Counted from the first letter of the stretch, positions 30,470 to 40,955 are shown. The stretch: DNA of 64,000 bases from an uncultured Spirochaetota bacterium (GCA_963781885.1 CAWAHW010000002.1:1120001-1184000); one strand, 5' to 3'. Notes: generated from the sequence alone by a model not told the origin. Translations and numbers: made by a program.

Positions 30470-30775
30470 CTATCTCCCCTTCGACCAAAGTCGGCATGCA
30501 TCTATCCATTCCGATCCTTTTGGGCGAATGGAAGGAAGGGGAAGGTCTATAATTGAAATCCGCTGTTTTTTTCGACCATAGGCACAAACCGCAACGATCT
30601 CCGCGGCGTCGTTGAGCTCGATCGTTTCGACAACGACCGGTAAACCGAGCATGATTGTCGCAAAAGGCAAGATGACATTCTCCGTAACCATGTTGAATAG
30701 CTCCATTGCTTATTCATCGTCATCGTAGCAATCGATAATCGCCTCCGAGATCATTCGCTCCAGGGCCGAACGTGA
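30470..30775 (-). pseudogene. CcbP-like ('calcium-binding') protein with an internal TAA
   Basis: LERMISEAIIDCYDDDE*AMELFNMV...LPF...IIDLPLP..P.GSEWIDA; stop at 30710-30712 where Q is expected. Confidence 0.6.
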
Positions 30776-31281
30776 CGCTGAACCGCGATGGCTAAACGGC
30801 CTCCTCAATCTCTGTCAGCTTCAAGCTATCGTTCTTCTTAAGCCTGAAGCTGACCAAAGCTCGATCACATGATACCAGCCTGTCCTTCAATAGCGTTTTC
30901 AGCAAATAGAGGTACGCAGCGTGGGTATTTTCATGCTTCCCTAAGAAATCGATCGCCGCGTCGGCACGTCACGGGCAGTTTGCCAAAGCCCGCACGTACT
31001 CGGTCCTCAGCTCTTCCGTGGCCTCCGAGAAATGCAAAACTCGCGCTCTCACCTGGCCACTGCGCCCGGTCATGAATGGATCGGCCAAGCAGCTTCGGAT
31101 CACCTTGGCCGTAGCCTCGCGAACCGCTTCACGCTCCTCAATAAGACTTCTTGGTACCAAATGGTACCGATAGTCAATTATAGACAGATGTAAGAGTGTT
31201 TTCAGCTAAGAGTAACCATGATGGTAGGAACTAATATATAAATAACTATAATATAATAAGATAGCAAGATAGAAAGATTGT

Positions 31282-31326
31282 TTGACAGGTTACGCATTAT
31301 GTGCTAAACAATGGAACCGGTATCAT
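31282..31326 (+). promoter_or_regulatory. promoter and LacI-type operator
   Basis: TTGACA-17 nt-TAAACA followed directly by the near-palindrome ATGGAACCGGTATCAT (central CG). Confidence 0.6.
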
Positions 31327-31343
31327 TTATGGGGGATTGGAAC

Positions 31344-32378
31344 ATGGACAGGCCGACGCGGCAGAAAATTACCATTACGGATGTGGCGGAGATGGCCCAC
31401 GTATCAAAGGTGACTGTGTCGAGGGTTCTGAACGGCGCCCCTGTTGTCGGGGAAAAGACTCGGCAACGAATCCTCAAGCTCATCGATTCGCTCGACTTCC
31501 AGCCCGACGCATTTGCTCAGGGACTCGCTTCGCACAGGACGAACACTCTCGGCTTCGTTATTCCCCATACCGGCAGCTATGCCCACACGAGCACATTCTA
31601 CCCTTTGTTCTTGACCTCGGTTGTCCAGGAAGCCGCCGCACACGGGATGAACGTGCTCATATCGACGGCGACTGACGAAACGGACGCCGATTCGGCTTTC
31701 CGCGCCATCCTGAGGGGACGACGCATCAACGGCGTCATTGTCGGCGCCGAGCAATTCGGGGGTGCCCAGCTCAAGGAATTGCTTACGCGGAACGTGCCGT
31801 TCGTAATGATCGGTCGAAGCGGATTCGCGCCGACTCACTACGTCGACGTAGATCATATCGCGGGGGCGCGGGCAGCCGCCGAACACCTGGTGGCGAATGG
31901 CCATGACCGGATAGCCATTCTGGCCGGTCCGCGGACCCTTCCCTATGTCGACGACCGCGTACGGGGAGTGGTCGATGTCTACCGAGAACGCGGTCTGCCC
32001 TCTCCCGCTGTCGTGCACTGTACCTACGAGGCACGGGAAGCGACCGTGGCGGTGCAGGATACGCTGCGGCGCGAGACGGACGTGACTGCGATCTTCGCGG
32101 CGGCAGGCGACTTTGTCGCTCCCCTCTTTCGAGCCTGCGCAGGAATGGGGCGCAGCATTCCGCACGATCTCTCCCTGGTCGCTTTCGACGACCATCCCCT
32201 TTTCGAGCTTCTGACGCCCGCCATCACGGCGGTCGCCCAACCCGTCGACGAGATCGTCATGGCTGCCGTCAAGATGCTGCTCGATCTGATTGCGGGTAAG
32301 CAGCCCGAGCGAGAAGCAGTCGTCGTTACGCCGGGGCTTGTCCTTCGCGCGTCATGCGAGAGAGCACGAAGGCCCTGA
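31344..32378 (+). CDS. LacI-family transcriptional regulator
   Basis: ITDVAEMAHVSKVTVSRVLN HTH; IPHDLSLVAFDD motif. Confidence 0.95.
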   Translation: MDRPTRQKITITDVAEMAHVSKVTVSRVLNGAPVVGEKTRQRILKLIDSLDFQPDAFAQGLASHRTNTLGFVIPHTGSYAHTSTFYPLFLTSVVQEAAAHGMNVLISTATDETDADSAFRAILRGRRINGVIVGAEQFGGAQLKELLTRNVPFVMIGRSGFAPTHYVDVDHIAGARAAAEHLVANGHDRIAILAGPRTLPYVDDRVRGVVDVYRERGLPSPAVVHCTYEAREATVAVQDTLRRETDVTAIFAAAGDFVAPLFRACAGMGRSIPHDLSLVAFDDHPLFELLTPAITAVAQPVDEIVMAAVKMLLDLIAGKQPEREAVVVTPGLVLRASCERARRP

Positions 32379-32574
32379 TGAAGGCAGTGATGATCGGACA
32401 ACGCCAGTGAACAAGCACTCGATGAGGAACTCGGGAATCCATGCCGCCGCGCGGCGGTGCCGTCATCCCCCGTAGTCGGCGTCGAGACGAAAACCGCTGT
32501 GAAAGCGGATACGCCTTTTGCAGATGTGGCCCGACGTATGCCGTGCCCCAGAACTAAAGAGGAGGATACAGATA

Positions 32575-33858
32575 ATGAATAGTACGCGAGTCTCAGTACT
32601 GGTCTGCGCCATGGCCGCCGCGGCTTTGCTCGTTGGATGTAGCGCTCCCAAGCCGGCGACGAAGCTCACCTTCATGAACACCTTCACGAGCTCCGATTAT
32701 GAAAAGACCTATTCCGACCTGATAGAGAAGTTCACAAGCGAGCGCAAGGACGTCGTTATCGACAACGAGCCCTATGACGCGACAACACTCGCCACAAAGA
32801 TCAAGACGCTTGCCGCGGGGAACCAGCTGCCCGAGATGCTGGTTGTCAGTGGCGCTGATCTCGAGGCGTTCTACAAGGCCGGCCTGGTCATGCCGGTCAA
32901 CGACATCATCAACGCCGACACGGCATGGTCAGGAGGATTCTACCAGGGTGCTTTCAACGATTTCACTATCGGCGACAAGATCCTGGGCTTTCCATTCCAG
33001 TTAACGGCGACCCATCTCGTCTTCTACAACACCAAAGTCTTCGCCGACGCCGGTATCTCGGAGTTCCCAAAGACATGGTCGGACTTCACAACCGCGATCA
33101 TCGCCTTGAAACAGAAGGGCTATACCCCAATCGCGTTGGGCAACAAGGACAAGTGGGTCGCCGAGTCGTGCATAGTGAGCACCCTTGGTGACCGCTACAC
33201 CGGATCCGGCTGGCTCGATCGGGTGAAGAACAAGCAGGCCAAGTTCACCGATCCCGAGTTCGTGAGCGCACTACGCGCATTTCAGCAGCTTGCCGCGATG
33301 GGCGCATTTAACAAGGACCTCAACAGCCTCGACAATAGCGGACAGGAGGCCCTCTATTATAAGGGCAAGACCGGTATGTTCATGGAGGGCGGCTGGGCCG
33401 TTGGATTGATGGATGCAAACGCGCCCGCGGACATAAAGCAAGCGACCGCCCTTGCGGTGCTGCCAGCCGTCGAGGGCGGCAAAGGCAAGCCGTTGTCGAC
33501 ATCGGGGGGAGCGGGCCTCGCGATTGCCCTGCGATCGAATCTGACGGCTGATCAGAAGGCTGCCGCGACGAGTCTCCTCAAATACCTGTTCACACCGATC
33601 AATGCCGAGACGGTCGTTGAAGCGAGCGGGAGCACGGCGTACAAGCCCGCGAAAATCGACAGCTCCAAGCTGGGGATCATGAATAGTAAGTTCTACGACT
33701 TTATAGGCAAGATATCCTATTCCCCTGTGTACGACATTCACCTCAATGCGTCGGTGATCGGCGTCTTGAACACCGGGTTGCAGAACCTCACGATTGGAAA
33801 GGGCACTCCGGAAGGTCTCGCGCGCGCCATTCAAGGGGAGATGGACAGAGTCGAGTAG
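32575..33858 (+). CDS. carbohydrate ABC transporter substrate-binding lipoprotein
   Basis: GGAGG RBS, lipobox LLVGC, SBP family 1 motifs (FYNTKVF..AG, P.TW.DF). Confidence 0.9.
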   Translation: MNSTRVSVLVCAMAAAALLVGCSAPKPATKLTFMNTFTSSDYEKTYSDLIEKFTSERKDVVIDNEPYDATTLATKIKTLAAGNQLPEMLVVSGADLEAFYKAGLVMPVNDIINADTAWSGGFYQGAFNDFTIGDKILGFPFQLTATHLVFYNTKVFADAGISEFPKTWSDFTTAIIALKQKGYTPIALGNKDKWVAESCIVSTLGDRYTGSGWLDRVKNKQAKFTDPEFVSALRAFQQLAAMGAFNKDLNSLDNSGQEALYYKGKTGMFMEGGWAVGLMDANAPADIKQATALAVLPAVEGGKGKPLSTSGGAGLAIALRSNLTADQKAAATSLLKYLFTPINAETVVEASGSTAYKPAKIDSSKLGIMNSKFYDFIGKISYSPVYDIHLNASVIGVLNTGLQNLTIGKGTPEGLARAIQGEMDRVE

Positions 33859-33989
33859 CTCTCCCAGTGTCACGCGGCGGCTCGACAAGGCCTTGATTCT
33901 GACCCGGTCGAGCCGTCTCTCAATTATGGGTCGCGCCGTCAGGCGCGTCGGGTTTCCGCGGCAAGGCGCCGCAAGGGGAACATGATCCG

Positions 33990-34895
33990 ATGAGTCGATT
34001 TGTCAATCCCATTGCACGACCAAGCGCTGCCGCGAGGATGACACTTCTCCTGCCCGGTACGGTGTTATATCTTTTCCTCGTCATCGTGCCCCTGCTGCTC
34101 GCGTTGCGATTCAGCTTCTTTCAGTGGAGCGGGGTCGGGCCCCGCATTTTTGTCGGGCTGCGCAATTTCAACGAGCTCCTCTACGACACGACGTTCTGGC
34201 TGGCGTTTCGGAACAATCTCCTGATCATTGCCTTCTGCGTGATCGGACAGCTTGGAATCCCGCTTGCTCTCAGCTCCATCTTTGCGAGTCGGCTGCTCGT
34301 CTTCCGGCAGTTCCACCGCGCCACGATCTTCATTCCCGTGGTCATGTCGTCGATCGTGGTGGGATTTCTTTGGCGCATTATGTATGGCGGCGATTCGGGG
34401 ATCATCGACCTTGTTCTCCGTGCCGTTGGCCTCGGCAATATCGTGCCACTCTGGCTGGATGACCCCCGAATAGTGGTTCTGTCGGTGTCTCTCCCCCTCG
34501 TTTGGCAGAGCATCGGCTTCTACACTGTGATTTTCATGTCCGCGATCGCTTCGATCCCTCGGGAGATCATCGAGGTAGCCGAGCTCGACGGCGCAACCGG
34601 AGTAAGGAAGGCGGTCCGAATAACGATCCCTCTCATCGCCGACACTCTACGGGTCGCCGCAATGCTCTGCGTCGCGGGAAACATGAAGGTCTTTGACAAT
34701 ATATTTGTCATGACTGGTGGTGGACCGGGCAACAGCTCGCTTGTCCTTGCCCAATACGCCTACTACCACGCCTTCGTGACCTTTCGACTCGGCTATGCGA
34801 GCTCAGTCGCATTGGGAATGGTGATTCTGAGCCTCGCCATGGTTCTGGTCATCTCCGCGGTTCGCCGGCGCGATGCCACAGGAAAGGCATCCTGA
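33990..34895 (+). CDS. carbohydrate ABC transporter permease
   Basis: FVGLRNF and EAA loop EVAELDGA. Confidence 0.92.
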   Translation: MSRFVNPIARPSAAARMTLLLPGTVLYLFLVIVPLLLALRFSFFQWSGVGPRIFVGLRNFNELLYDTTFWLAFRNNLLIIAFCVIGQLGIPLALSSIFASRLLVFRQFHRATIFIPVVMSSIVVGFLWRIMYGGDSGIIDLVLRAVGLGNIVPLWLDDPRIVVLSVSLPLVWQSIGFYTVIFMSAIASIPREIIEVAELDGATGVRKAVRITIPLIADTLRVAAMLCVAGNMKVFDNIFVMTGGGPGNSSLVLAQYAYYHAFVTFRLGYASSVALGMVILSLAMVLVISAVRRRDATGKAS

Positions 34896-34897
34896 CC

Positions 34898-35722
34898 ATG
34901 AAGAACAGAATACTCAAGGTGGTCGTCAATTGCATCGTCATGGTTATCACCCTTTCAAGCGTGTTTCCGATCGTCTGGATGCTCATGGCGTCCATGAAGA
35001 CGAGCACGGAGTTCACGCAGAGCATCATTGCACTCCCTTCTGCGCCTCGGGTGGACAACTACGTCGTAGCGGTCAGGCAGGCAAAGATGATCCCGGCATT
35101 TTTCAGCAGCGCGTTCCTCTGTGCGGTGTCAATCCCGGCCATCATCGGGTTGTCATTCTGTATCGGCTACGCCTTATCCCGATTCCGATTCCGCGGGCGC
35201 AACGCCTTGACCTTGCTCTTCACGGCTGGGCTCCTTATTCCCATCCACAGCCTCATGGTCCCCGTGTTCACCGAGTTCAAGGTGATCGGGCTTCTGGACA
35301 CTCGTATGACGCTGTTCTTCCCGTACGTCGCATACGGATTACCGATAGGCGTCCTGCTCGTGCAGAGCTTTGTCGGCACTATCCCGATCGAGCTCGAGGA
35401 GGCTGCCTTCATGGACGGCAGCAGCCTTGGCAATACTCTCACGCGAATCATTTTTCCCGTGAGCCGTCCCGTGATCGCGACGGTTCTTATCCTCAGTTTT
35501 CTGGCGGCATGGAACGAGTTCCCCTTCGCGCTCATCCTGGTTTCTCGTCCCCGACTCTTGACGCTTCCGCTTGCCCTGCGGAGCTTCTTTGGACAGTACT
35601 CGGTTGACTACGTACGCCTCATTGCGGCGCTCGTCGTTGTTACCATTCCCGTAATCCTTGTCTATCTGCTGTCCTTTCGCCAGGTCATCGAGGGGATGAC
35701 CGCGGGCGCGGTCAAGGGGTAG
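34898..35722 (+). CDS. carbohydrate ABC transporter permease
   Basis: ELEEAAFMDG, WNEF and GMTAGAVKG motifs. Confidence 0.92.
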   Translation: MKNRILKVVVNCIVMVITLSSVFPIVWMLMASMKTSTEFTQSIIALPSAPRVDNYVVAVRQAKMIPAFFSSAFLCAVSIPAIIGLSFCIGYALSRFRFRGRNALTLLFTAGLLIPIHSLMVPVFTEFKVIGLLDTRMTLFFPYVAYGLPIGVLLVQSFVGTIPIELEEAAFMDGSSLGNTLTRIIFPVSRPVIATVLILSFLAAWNEFPFALILVSRPRLLTLPLALRSFFGQYSVDYVRLIAALVVVTIPVILVYLLSFRQVIEGMTAGAVKG

Positions 35723-35810
35723 AGCGGCGAAGCCGCTGCGTGAAATGCCCTCCGGCCTTCGCACACTGTATGGCGCCCGGAGGACAGAATCGAGAGAAAG
35801 GGGAATAGAC

Positions 35811-37034
35811 GTGCGAGATTCATTTACCCAACGTCGGGCCGCACTCGATCGCAGCTATCGGAAGCTCGTCGGGCGACGCAATGCGTCCGTACCGTTGGGA
35901 AACGGCGTGTACAGAAGGTACCGCCACCCCGTGCTCACACCGGATCATGTCCCCCTGACGTGGCGATACGATTTCAGCCGGACAACCAATCCATTCTTCA
36001 TGGAGAGGCTCGGCGTGAACGCGACATTCAACGCCGGAGCCATTCGACACAACGACGCGTATTGCCTGATCTGCCGAGTCGAGGGGTACGATCGAAAGAG
36101 CTTCTTCGCCGTCGCACGCAGCAAGACCGGCACTGACCACTTTGTCTTCGACAATACCCCCATTGCACTGGACGAGTACGCGGAACGCGCCACCAATGTC
36201 TATGACATGCGCCTCACGCGACACGAGGACGGATGGATCTACGGGCTGTTCTGTGTCGAGCGGCCCGACCCGCGGGCGGCACGCGGCGACACGTCCAGTG
36301 CCGTTGCCACCGCCGGCATTGTCCGCAGCCGCGATCTGGTGGGTTGGGAGCGGCTGCCTGACCTCGCGACGACGGCGGCGCAGCAGCGAAACGTGGTTCT
36401 CCATCCTGAATTCGTCGACGGCCGCTATCTCCTCTACACGCGGCCCCAGGACGACTTCATCTTCGCGGGAACCCAGTCGGGGATCTGCTGGGCATTCGTT
36501 GAAGATATGGCACATGCGCGAGTGACCGAGGAGTCTCTGCTTGATCCGAGGATCTACCACACCGTGAAGGAGGTGAAAAACGGTGCTGGCGCGCCGCCGC
36601 TTAAGACACCCAAGGGATGGATCCAAATCGCACACGGCGTTCGTAACACAGCTGCAGGTCTTCGCTACGTCCTGTATGCTTTTTTGACCGACCTCGGAGA
36701 CCCGCGTCGCATCATCGCTGCGCCCGGAGGGCTTCTCATGGCGCCGCAGGACGAGGAGAGGATCGGCGACGTGCCGAACGTCTGCTTCAGCAATGGCGCC
36801 GTTGCCGATCCGAGTGGTCGCGTCCTCCTCTACTATGCCAGCGCCGACACGCGGCTGCACGTAGCCGAATCAACGGTGGATCGGCTTCTGGACTACTGTC
36901 TCCATACCCCTCCTGATCGGGGCTTCAGTCACGCAAGTGTCGAGGACCGTCTCGCCCTCATTCGGCATAATCACGAATCCTGGAGGAGCGGTAAGGGCGC
37001 CAGCCGCGCGTCAAGCGATTGCACGCTTCTTTAG
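35811..37034 (+). CDS. GH130 4-O-beta-D-mannosyl-D-glucose phosphorylase-like enzyme
   Basis: WRYDF..NPFFMERLGVNATFNAGAI, RVEG.DRKSFFA, YDMRLT, QQRNVVLHPE and HGVRNTAAGLRY motifs. Confidence 0.88.
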   Translation: MRDSFTQRRAALDRSYRKLVGRRNASVPLGNGVYRRYRHPVLTPDHVPLTWRYDFSRTTNPFFMERLGVNATFNAGAIRHNDAYCLICRVEGYDRKSFFAVARSKTGTDHFVFDNTPIALDEYAERATNVYDMRLTRHEDGWIYGLFCVERPDPRAARGDTSSAVATAGIVRSRDLVGWERLPDLATTAAQQRNVVLHPEFVDGRYLLYTRPQDDFIFAGTQSGICWAFVEDMAHARVTEESLLDPRIYHTVKEVKNGAGAPPLKTPKGWIQIAHGVRNTAAGLRYVLYAFLTDLGDPRRIIAAPGGLLMAPQDEERIGDVPNVCFSNGAVADPSGRVLLYYASADTRLHVAESTVDRLLDYCLHTPPDRGFSHASVEDRLALIRHNHESWRSGKGASRASSDCTLL

Positions 37035-37720
37035 CGCCTGCGCTCGGCATGCGCGGAGAGCAGACGGTTGAACATGCGCACAAGGATCGATGCCACCGAG
37101 CGCGGCGATAAGCACGCACGGGAGCGTAGGGGGGCCACCGTACTCTGCGTCGGCCTCCGCTCACCGCCCTGTAGTCGGGGTGAGCCACTTTCTGGCCGTC
37201 TGGCTGGGTGACGGGATCGGGATGGGCATCGTTGCCAGTGGCGACCTGTGCGCTGGCGGGCCGCGCCGCTCGCGCAGCTTGTGGCGAGCATGACCTTCCT
37301 CTTCTCTATTCGGCCTGCCATATTGGCGGCGTAGAAGTGGCGCCACAAGCAAAAGATGATGTGGCGGCCCCGCCAATACACTCGCGCTTCATTGACGCGC
37401 GCCGGTATTGCCATCTCCTCATCGCCGAGGACAAGGTGGAGAAGCGCCTCGTAGAGTCCTCTCACGAGCCTGTCGGAGGACATCGGGCGTGCGAGTGAGT
37501 CAGTAGTCCAGAACGCGAATGATGTTGGTCCAATGCCATGGGGGTTCTGCCGCGCCAATTCGAGCGGCGCTGCTTTCATGAATGTGAGGATTGGCGCCTT
37601 TCTCTCTCTGAGTCTTCGTTGACTTGAGACCTTCCCATCTGTTCCATAGTGGCAAGGATTTTGAAAGGTCTACCGCTTGGCGATACACGACGTTAGCGTA
37701 TGAAGAAGCTCGCAAAGTGG

Positions 37721-38473
37721 GCGGGAATGAAATGTCCCGTCGATGTCGTCGAAGAAACTCGGCTCTTTCAAATTCGTGGGTGGATTCTCACCCCACCAGA
37801 TCCAGATGAAACCGTGGCTCTCATGGATGGGGTACGAGCAGACATGAAAGCGGTCAGGGACCGGGGCGTCTCTGCCGTTGGCAGGGATCCGAGCACCCCG
37901 GCCACGCGCGTCATATTCGAACCCATGGAAAGGGCACTGGATGCGATCTTCGAGAAGCTTCCCTGCGCTCAGGGCCGCCCCACGGTGCGCGCATCGATCC
38001 CGCAGGCAGAACGCCTTCCCCTCCTGGTCCCGGGCGAACACCAACCGCTCTCCCAGGCGGGTGACGCCCAGCATTTTTCCTCGCTTCACATCCTGCGATC
38101 CGAGGACCACATACCATTGGTTTGGTATCATTTCGACACTCCCATCGCCTCCGCTCCTGGGGGCGCTTGTCGCGCACGGTATCCAGGAAATCCGGCGTAA
38201 TCGTCTTAACTCCTGCCCCGAGGATCTTCCATTGCGTTTTCTCGATACCATTTCCATCATAGCACACGACCCACGGAGCCGATTCTCCAAGTACCGGCCG
38301 ATGTTTTCCCTCCAGACCCTGTTCGCAAATCTTTGAGAACCGATCGCAGGAACCTTGTCCCACAGCGCAGACGCGGCGGCGGGTTACTTGCGACAACGGC
38401 GATTCATTCGGGCGGTTCGGTGGCGGTGGGGGCCGAATGGGCCGGCAAGCCCACTCTCACGTGTGAAGCATGT
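37721..38473. repeat. direct repeat copy B, containing a 3'-truncated Rieske oxygenase gene (start 38131, minus strand)
   Basis: ~99% identical to 11115-11868; identity breaks at codon ...GTFHSR. Confidence 0.95.
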
Positions 38474-38641
38474 CCACCGCTTGCGACGTGCCCGCCAGTA
38501 GCGTACGATCTCCCTCTGAACGTTTGCCGGGCATCGGGGTGCAAACGCGGGGCTCCGAGCAGTAAAACTGTTGCCAAAATGTGCATGAATGGGAGGATCT
38601 TGAAGTTGAGGGCAAAAGATGCGTGCCTATATCACTTCTGT

Positions 38642-39301
38642 GTGGGGCGCAGTTGGCTCCGAAAGCCGCTGTTCTCTCTTCTCCTTTTCACCGCGGCTAT
38701 TTCGCAACTGGCCGCAGAGCAGGGCACATGGCGCTATACGGAATCCTTTGGGCCGAACACCGCATGGATCGAATATTCAGTCGTGCGAGAGCGGCAGGAA
38801 GTTGTTGTGCGTTCCGCGGCGGATCGCGTCAAGGAGGAACTGTATTTTGTCCCCGGAAAAGGGACCCTGCTGTGGCGCAAGATCGGTTCCCACCCGGGCA
38901 CCAATCTGCGCGCCCAGCGAACGGGGGACACGATACGGATCACCGGCACGCTGAAGGGCGTAAGAGTCGACAAACAGCTGCAGATTGACTCCAGTCCGTG
39001 GTATCAGATCCTGGGGCCGTGCATCAGCGACCTTCTTCCACCAACCATGGAATCCGTGGAGTTCTGGGCATTGGACCCTGACGAGCTTGCCGTCCACAAG
39101 ATGCTCGCGCTGCGTCTCGGCACGGAGCGCAGGGAGATCCATCATGTTCTGATCGATACATTCAAGGTCCACTTCGCGCCCATGGGGCTGGCCGGCGCTT
39201 TCTGGGGCGCCGATTTCTGGTTTCGCATCTCCGATTCTGCCTATGTCCTTTCGAAAATGCCGGACAACGGCGGTTTGACGGAGACAGCGATCATCTGGTA
39301 A
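38642..39301 (+). CDS. secreted hypothetical protein (beta-rich); start uncertain
   Basis: Signal-like RKPLFSLLLFTAAISQLAA; long open frame. Confidence 0.6.
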   Translation: MGRSWLRKPLFSLLLFTAAISQLAAEQGTWRYTESFGPNTAWIEYSVVRERQEVVVRSAADRVKEELYFVPGKGTLLWRKIGSHPGTNLRAQRTGDTIRITGTLKGVRVDKQLQIDSSPWYQILGPCISDLLPPTMESVEFWALDPDELAVHKMLALRLGTERREIHHVLIDTFKVHFAPMGLAGAFWGADFWFRISDSAYVLSKMPDNGGLTETAIIW

Positions 39302-39340
39302 CATATGGACCTCACGTCAAGCAAAAGGAGAATCGAAAAC

Positions 39341-39775
39341 ATGAGCTTCAAACGTGGTGTCTTCATGCTTTTCGCGGCCGCTGTAGCCTTGCTTCTCGCT
39401 GGATGCGCAACTGATGACTACAGCGTGCTGACCGGCGCGTGGATGGGCGCGGTTGACCAGGGGACATTCCTCACGGGCAACAACGGGAACTTTGTCGATG
39501 TCACAATCACCATCAAGTCGGACAAGACCTGGAGCTGGTCGACAAACAACGCATCCGACACGAGTCTCGACTCAACGGGTAGCGGAACTTATACACTCGA
39601 TAGCTCCGCGAAGACCGCGCAGTTCACGATTGCGACATGTTCTTCATCAGAAGTCGTCCTAGGGACGGTCGTCCTCGCGAACTACGAAGTAGCCTCGTCG
39701 GGGAATACGGTAACCTTCGATTTCCAAGGAACAACCGGCGCGACTGGCGGGTCAATAGCACTGGCCAAACAGTAG
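39341..39775 (+). CDS. lipoprotein, possibly lipocalin-like
   Basis: AGGAG RBS, lipobox LLAGC, LTGAW and GTYT motifs, Ser/Thr-rich. Confidence 0.75.
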   Translation: MSFKRGVFMLFAAAVALLLAGCATDDYSVLTGAWMGAVDQGTFLTGNNGNFVDVTITIKSDKTWSWSTNNASDTSLDSTGSGTYTLDSSAKTAQFTIATCSSSEVVLGTVVLANYEVASSGNTVTFDFQGTTGATGGSIALAKQ

Positions 39776-39985
39776 CAGAACGCGCTTCCTTTGCCCCCGG
39801 CCCCGCTCGCCGGCCCCCCGTGTCGGGACGCTTTATGCATCCGGGCGATCCTCAATTGCCGAGGTTTGCGCGATTGCCCGGCGAGCGGCCCACTTCCGAT
39901 CCGGTCCTTGCGTCAGCGCGTCCCCGCGTATCGCTTTTTCATCTCCACGTGAACGGTTTCCCAACATCCGCGGACGGCAATCGTG

Positions 39986-40013
39986 TTGACAATCCGCCCG
40001 GGTCTGCTATACT
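39986..40013 (+). promoter_or_regulatory. sigma70 promoter of panB
   Basis: TTGACA-16 nt-TATACT with an extended TG. Confidence 0.75.
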
Positions 40014-40080
40014 GCTTTCTGCATAAAGGAATTGATTTCCGCATAGTCGAAAAGATGCCGCGCGGCAGGGAGGAGCAGCC

Positions 40081-40935
40081 ATGACAAAGAAGAAGACACT
40101 CCACGACTTCCAGCAGATGAAAAGGGACGGGAAGAAGATCGTCTTTCTCACCTCCTACGATTTCCCCACCGCGCAGTTTGCCGAAGCGGCCGGCCTGGAC
40201 ATGCTCCTTGTCGGTGACTCGCTGGGAATGTGCGTGTACGGTTATGAGGGCACCGTGCCGGTGGTCATGGACCAGATGATCTACCACGCGCAGGCCGTGC
40301 GCCGGGGCGCTCCGGGCACCTTCGTCATCGGCGACATGCCCTTCATGAGCTATCAGAGCAGCATTGAAAAGGCCGTGGAGAATGCGGGCCGCTTCCTGAA
40401 GGAGGCTGGCTGCGACGCGATCAAGCTGGAGGGGGGTGTACGGGTGACAAAGGTCATCCGCGCAATCGTCGACGCGGGCATCGTTGTCATGGGCCACGTG
40501 GGGCTCACCCCCCAGAGCTCGGGCCAGCTCGGCGGGCACAAGGCGCAGGGCCGCACCGCGGAGCTCGCGAAGCTCGTCGTGGAGGACGCCCTGGCCGTGC
40601 AGGAGGCCGGCGCGCACATGATCCTGCTCGAGGCCATTCCCCCCGAGGTTGGCGCGTACATCGCGAAGACCCTCCGCATCCCCACGCTTTCAATCGGTGC
40701 CGGCCCGGGCTGCGACGGCCAGCTCCTGATCGTCTCCGACCTCATCGGCCAGTTCCAGGCGTTCACGCCAAAGTTCGTGAAGAAGTACTGCAATGTCGCC
40801 GAGACCGTCACCGGCGCGATGAAAGCGTATTGCGACGAGGTGCGCAGCGTCGTCTTTCCCGCCGAAGACAACTGTTACCGTATGCTCGAGGGGGAGGAAG
40901 AAAAGTTCATCGCCCTCATGAAGCCAGCTCGCTGA
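40081..40935 (+). CDS. panB: 3-methyl-2-oxobutanoate hydroxymethyltransferase
   Basis: LLVGDSLGM, GDMPFMSY, KLEGG and GHVGLTPQ motifs. Confidence 0.96.
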   Translation: MTKKKTLHDFQQMKRDGKKIVFLTSYDFPTAQFAEAAGLDMLLVGDSLGMCVYGYEGTVPVVMDQMIYHAQAVRRGAPGTFVIGDMPFMSYQSSIEKAVENAGRFLKEAGCDAIKLEGGVRVTKVIRAIVDAGIVVMGHVGLTPQSSGQLGGHKAQGRTAELAKLVVEDALAVQEAGAHMILLEAIPPEVGAYIAKTLRIPTLSIGAGPGCDGQLLIVSDLIGQFQAFTPKFVKKYCNVAETVTGAMKAYCDEVRSVVFPAEDNCYRMLEGEEEKFIALMKPAR

Positions 40936-40955
40936 GAAATACGGAGGCGGCAGCC

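Noticed and set aside
37031-37720. 182-aa minus-strand ORF and GAGCCTGTCGGA (~37466), resembling an IS1182 end
   Set aside because: No recognisable protein motif; the 12-mer has no partner IR, CTAG or transposase
39776-40080. Riboswitch or pan-motif RNA upstream of panB
   Set aside because: The promoter lies only ~65 nt before the ATG and I could not recognise an aptamer consensus; an Rfam scan would settle it
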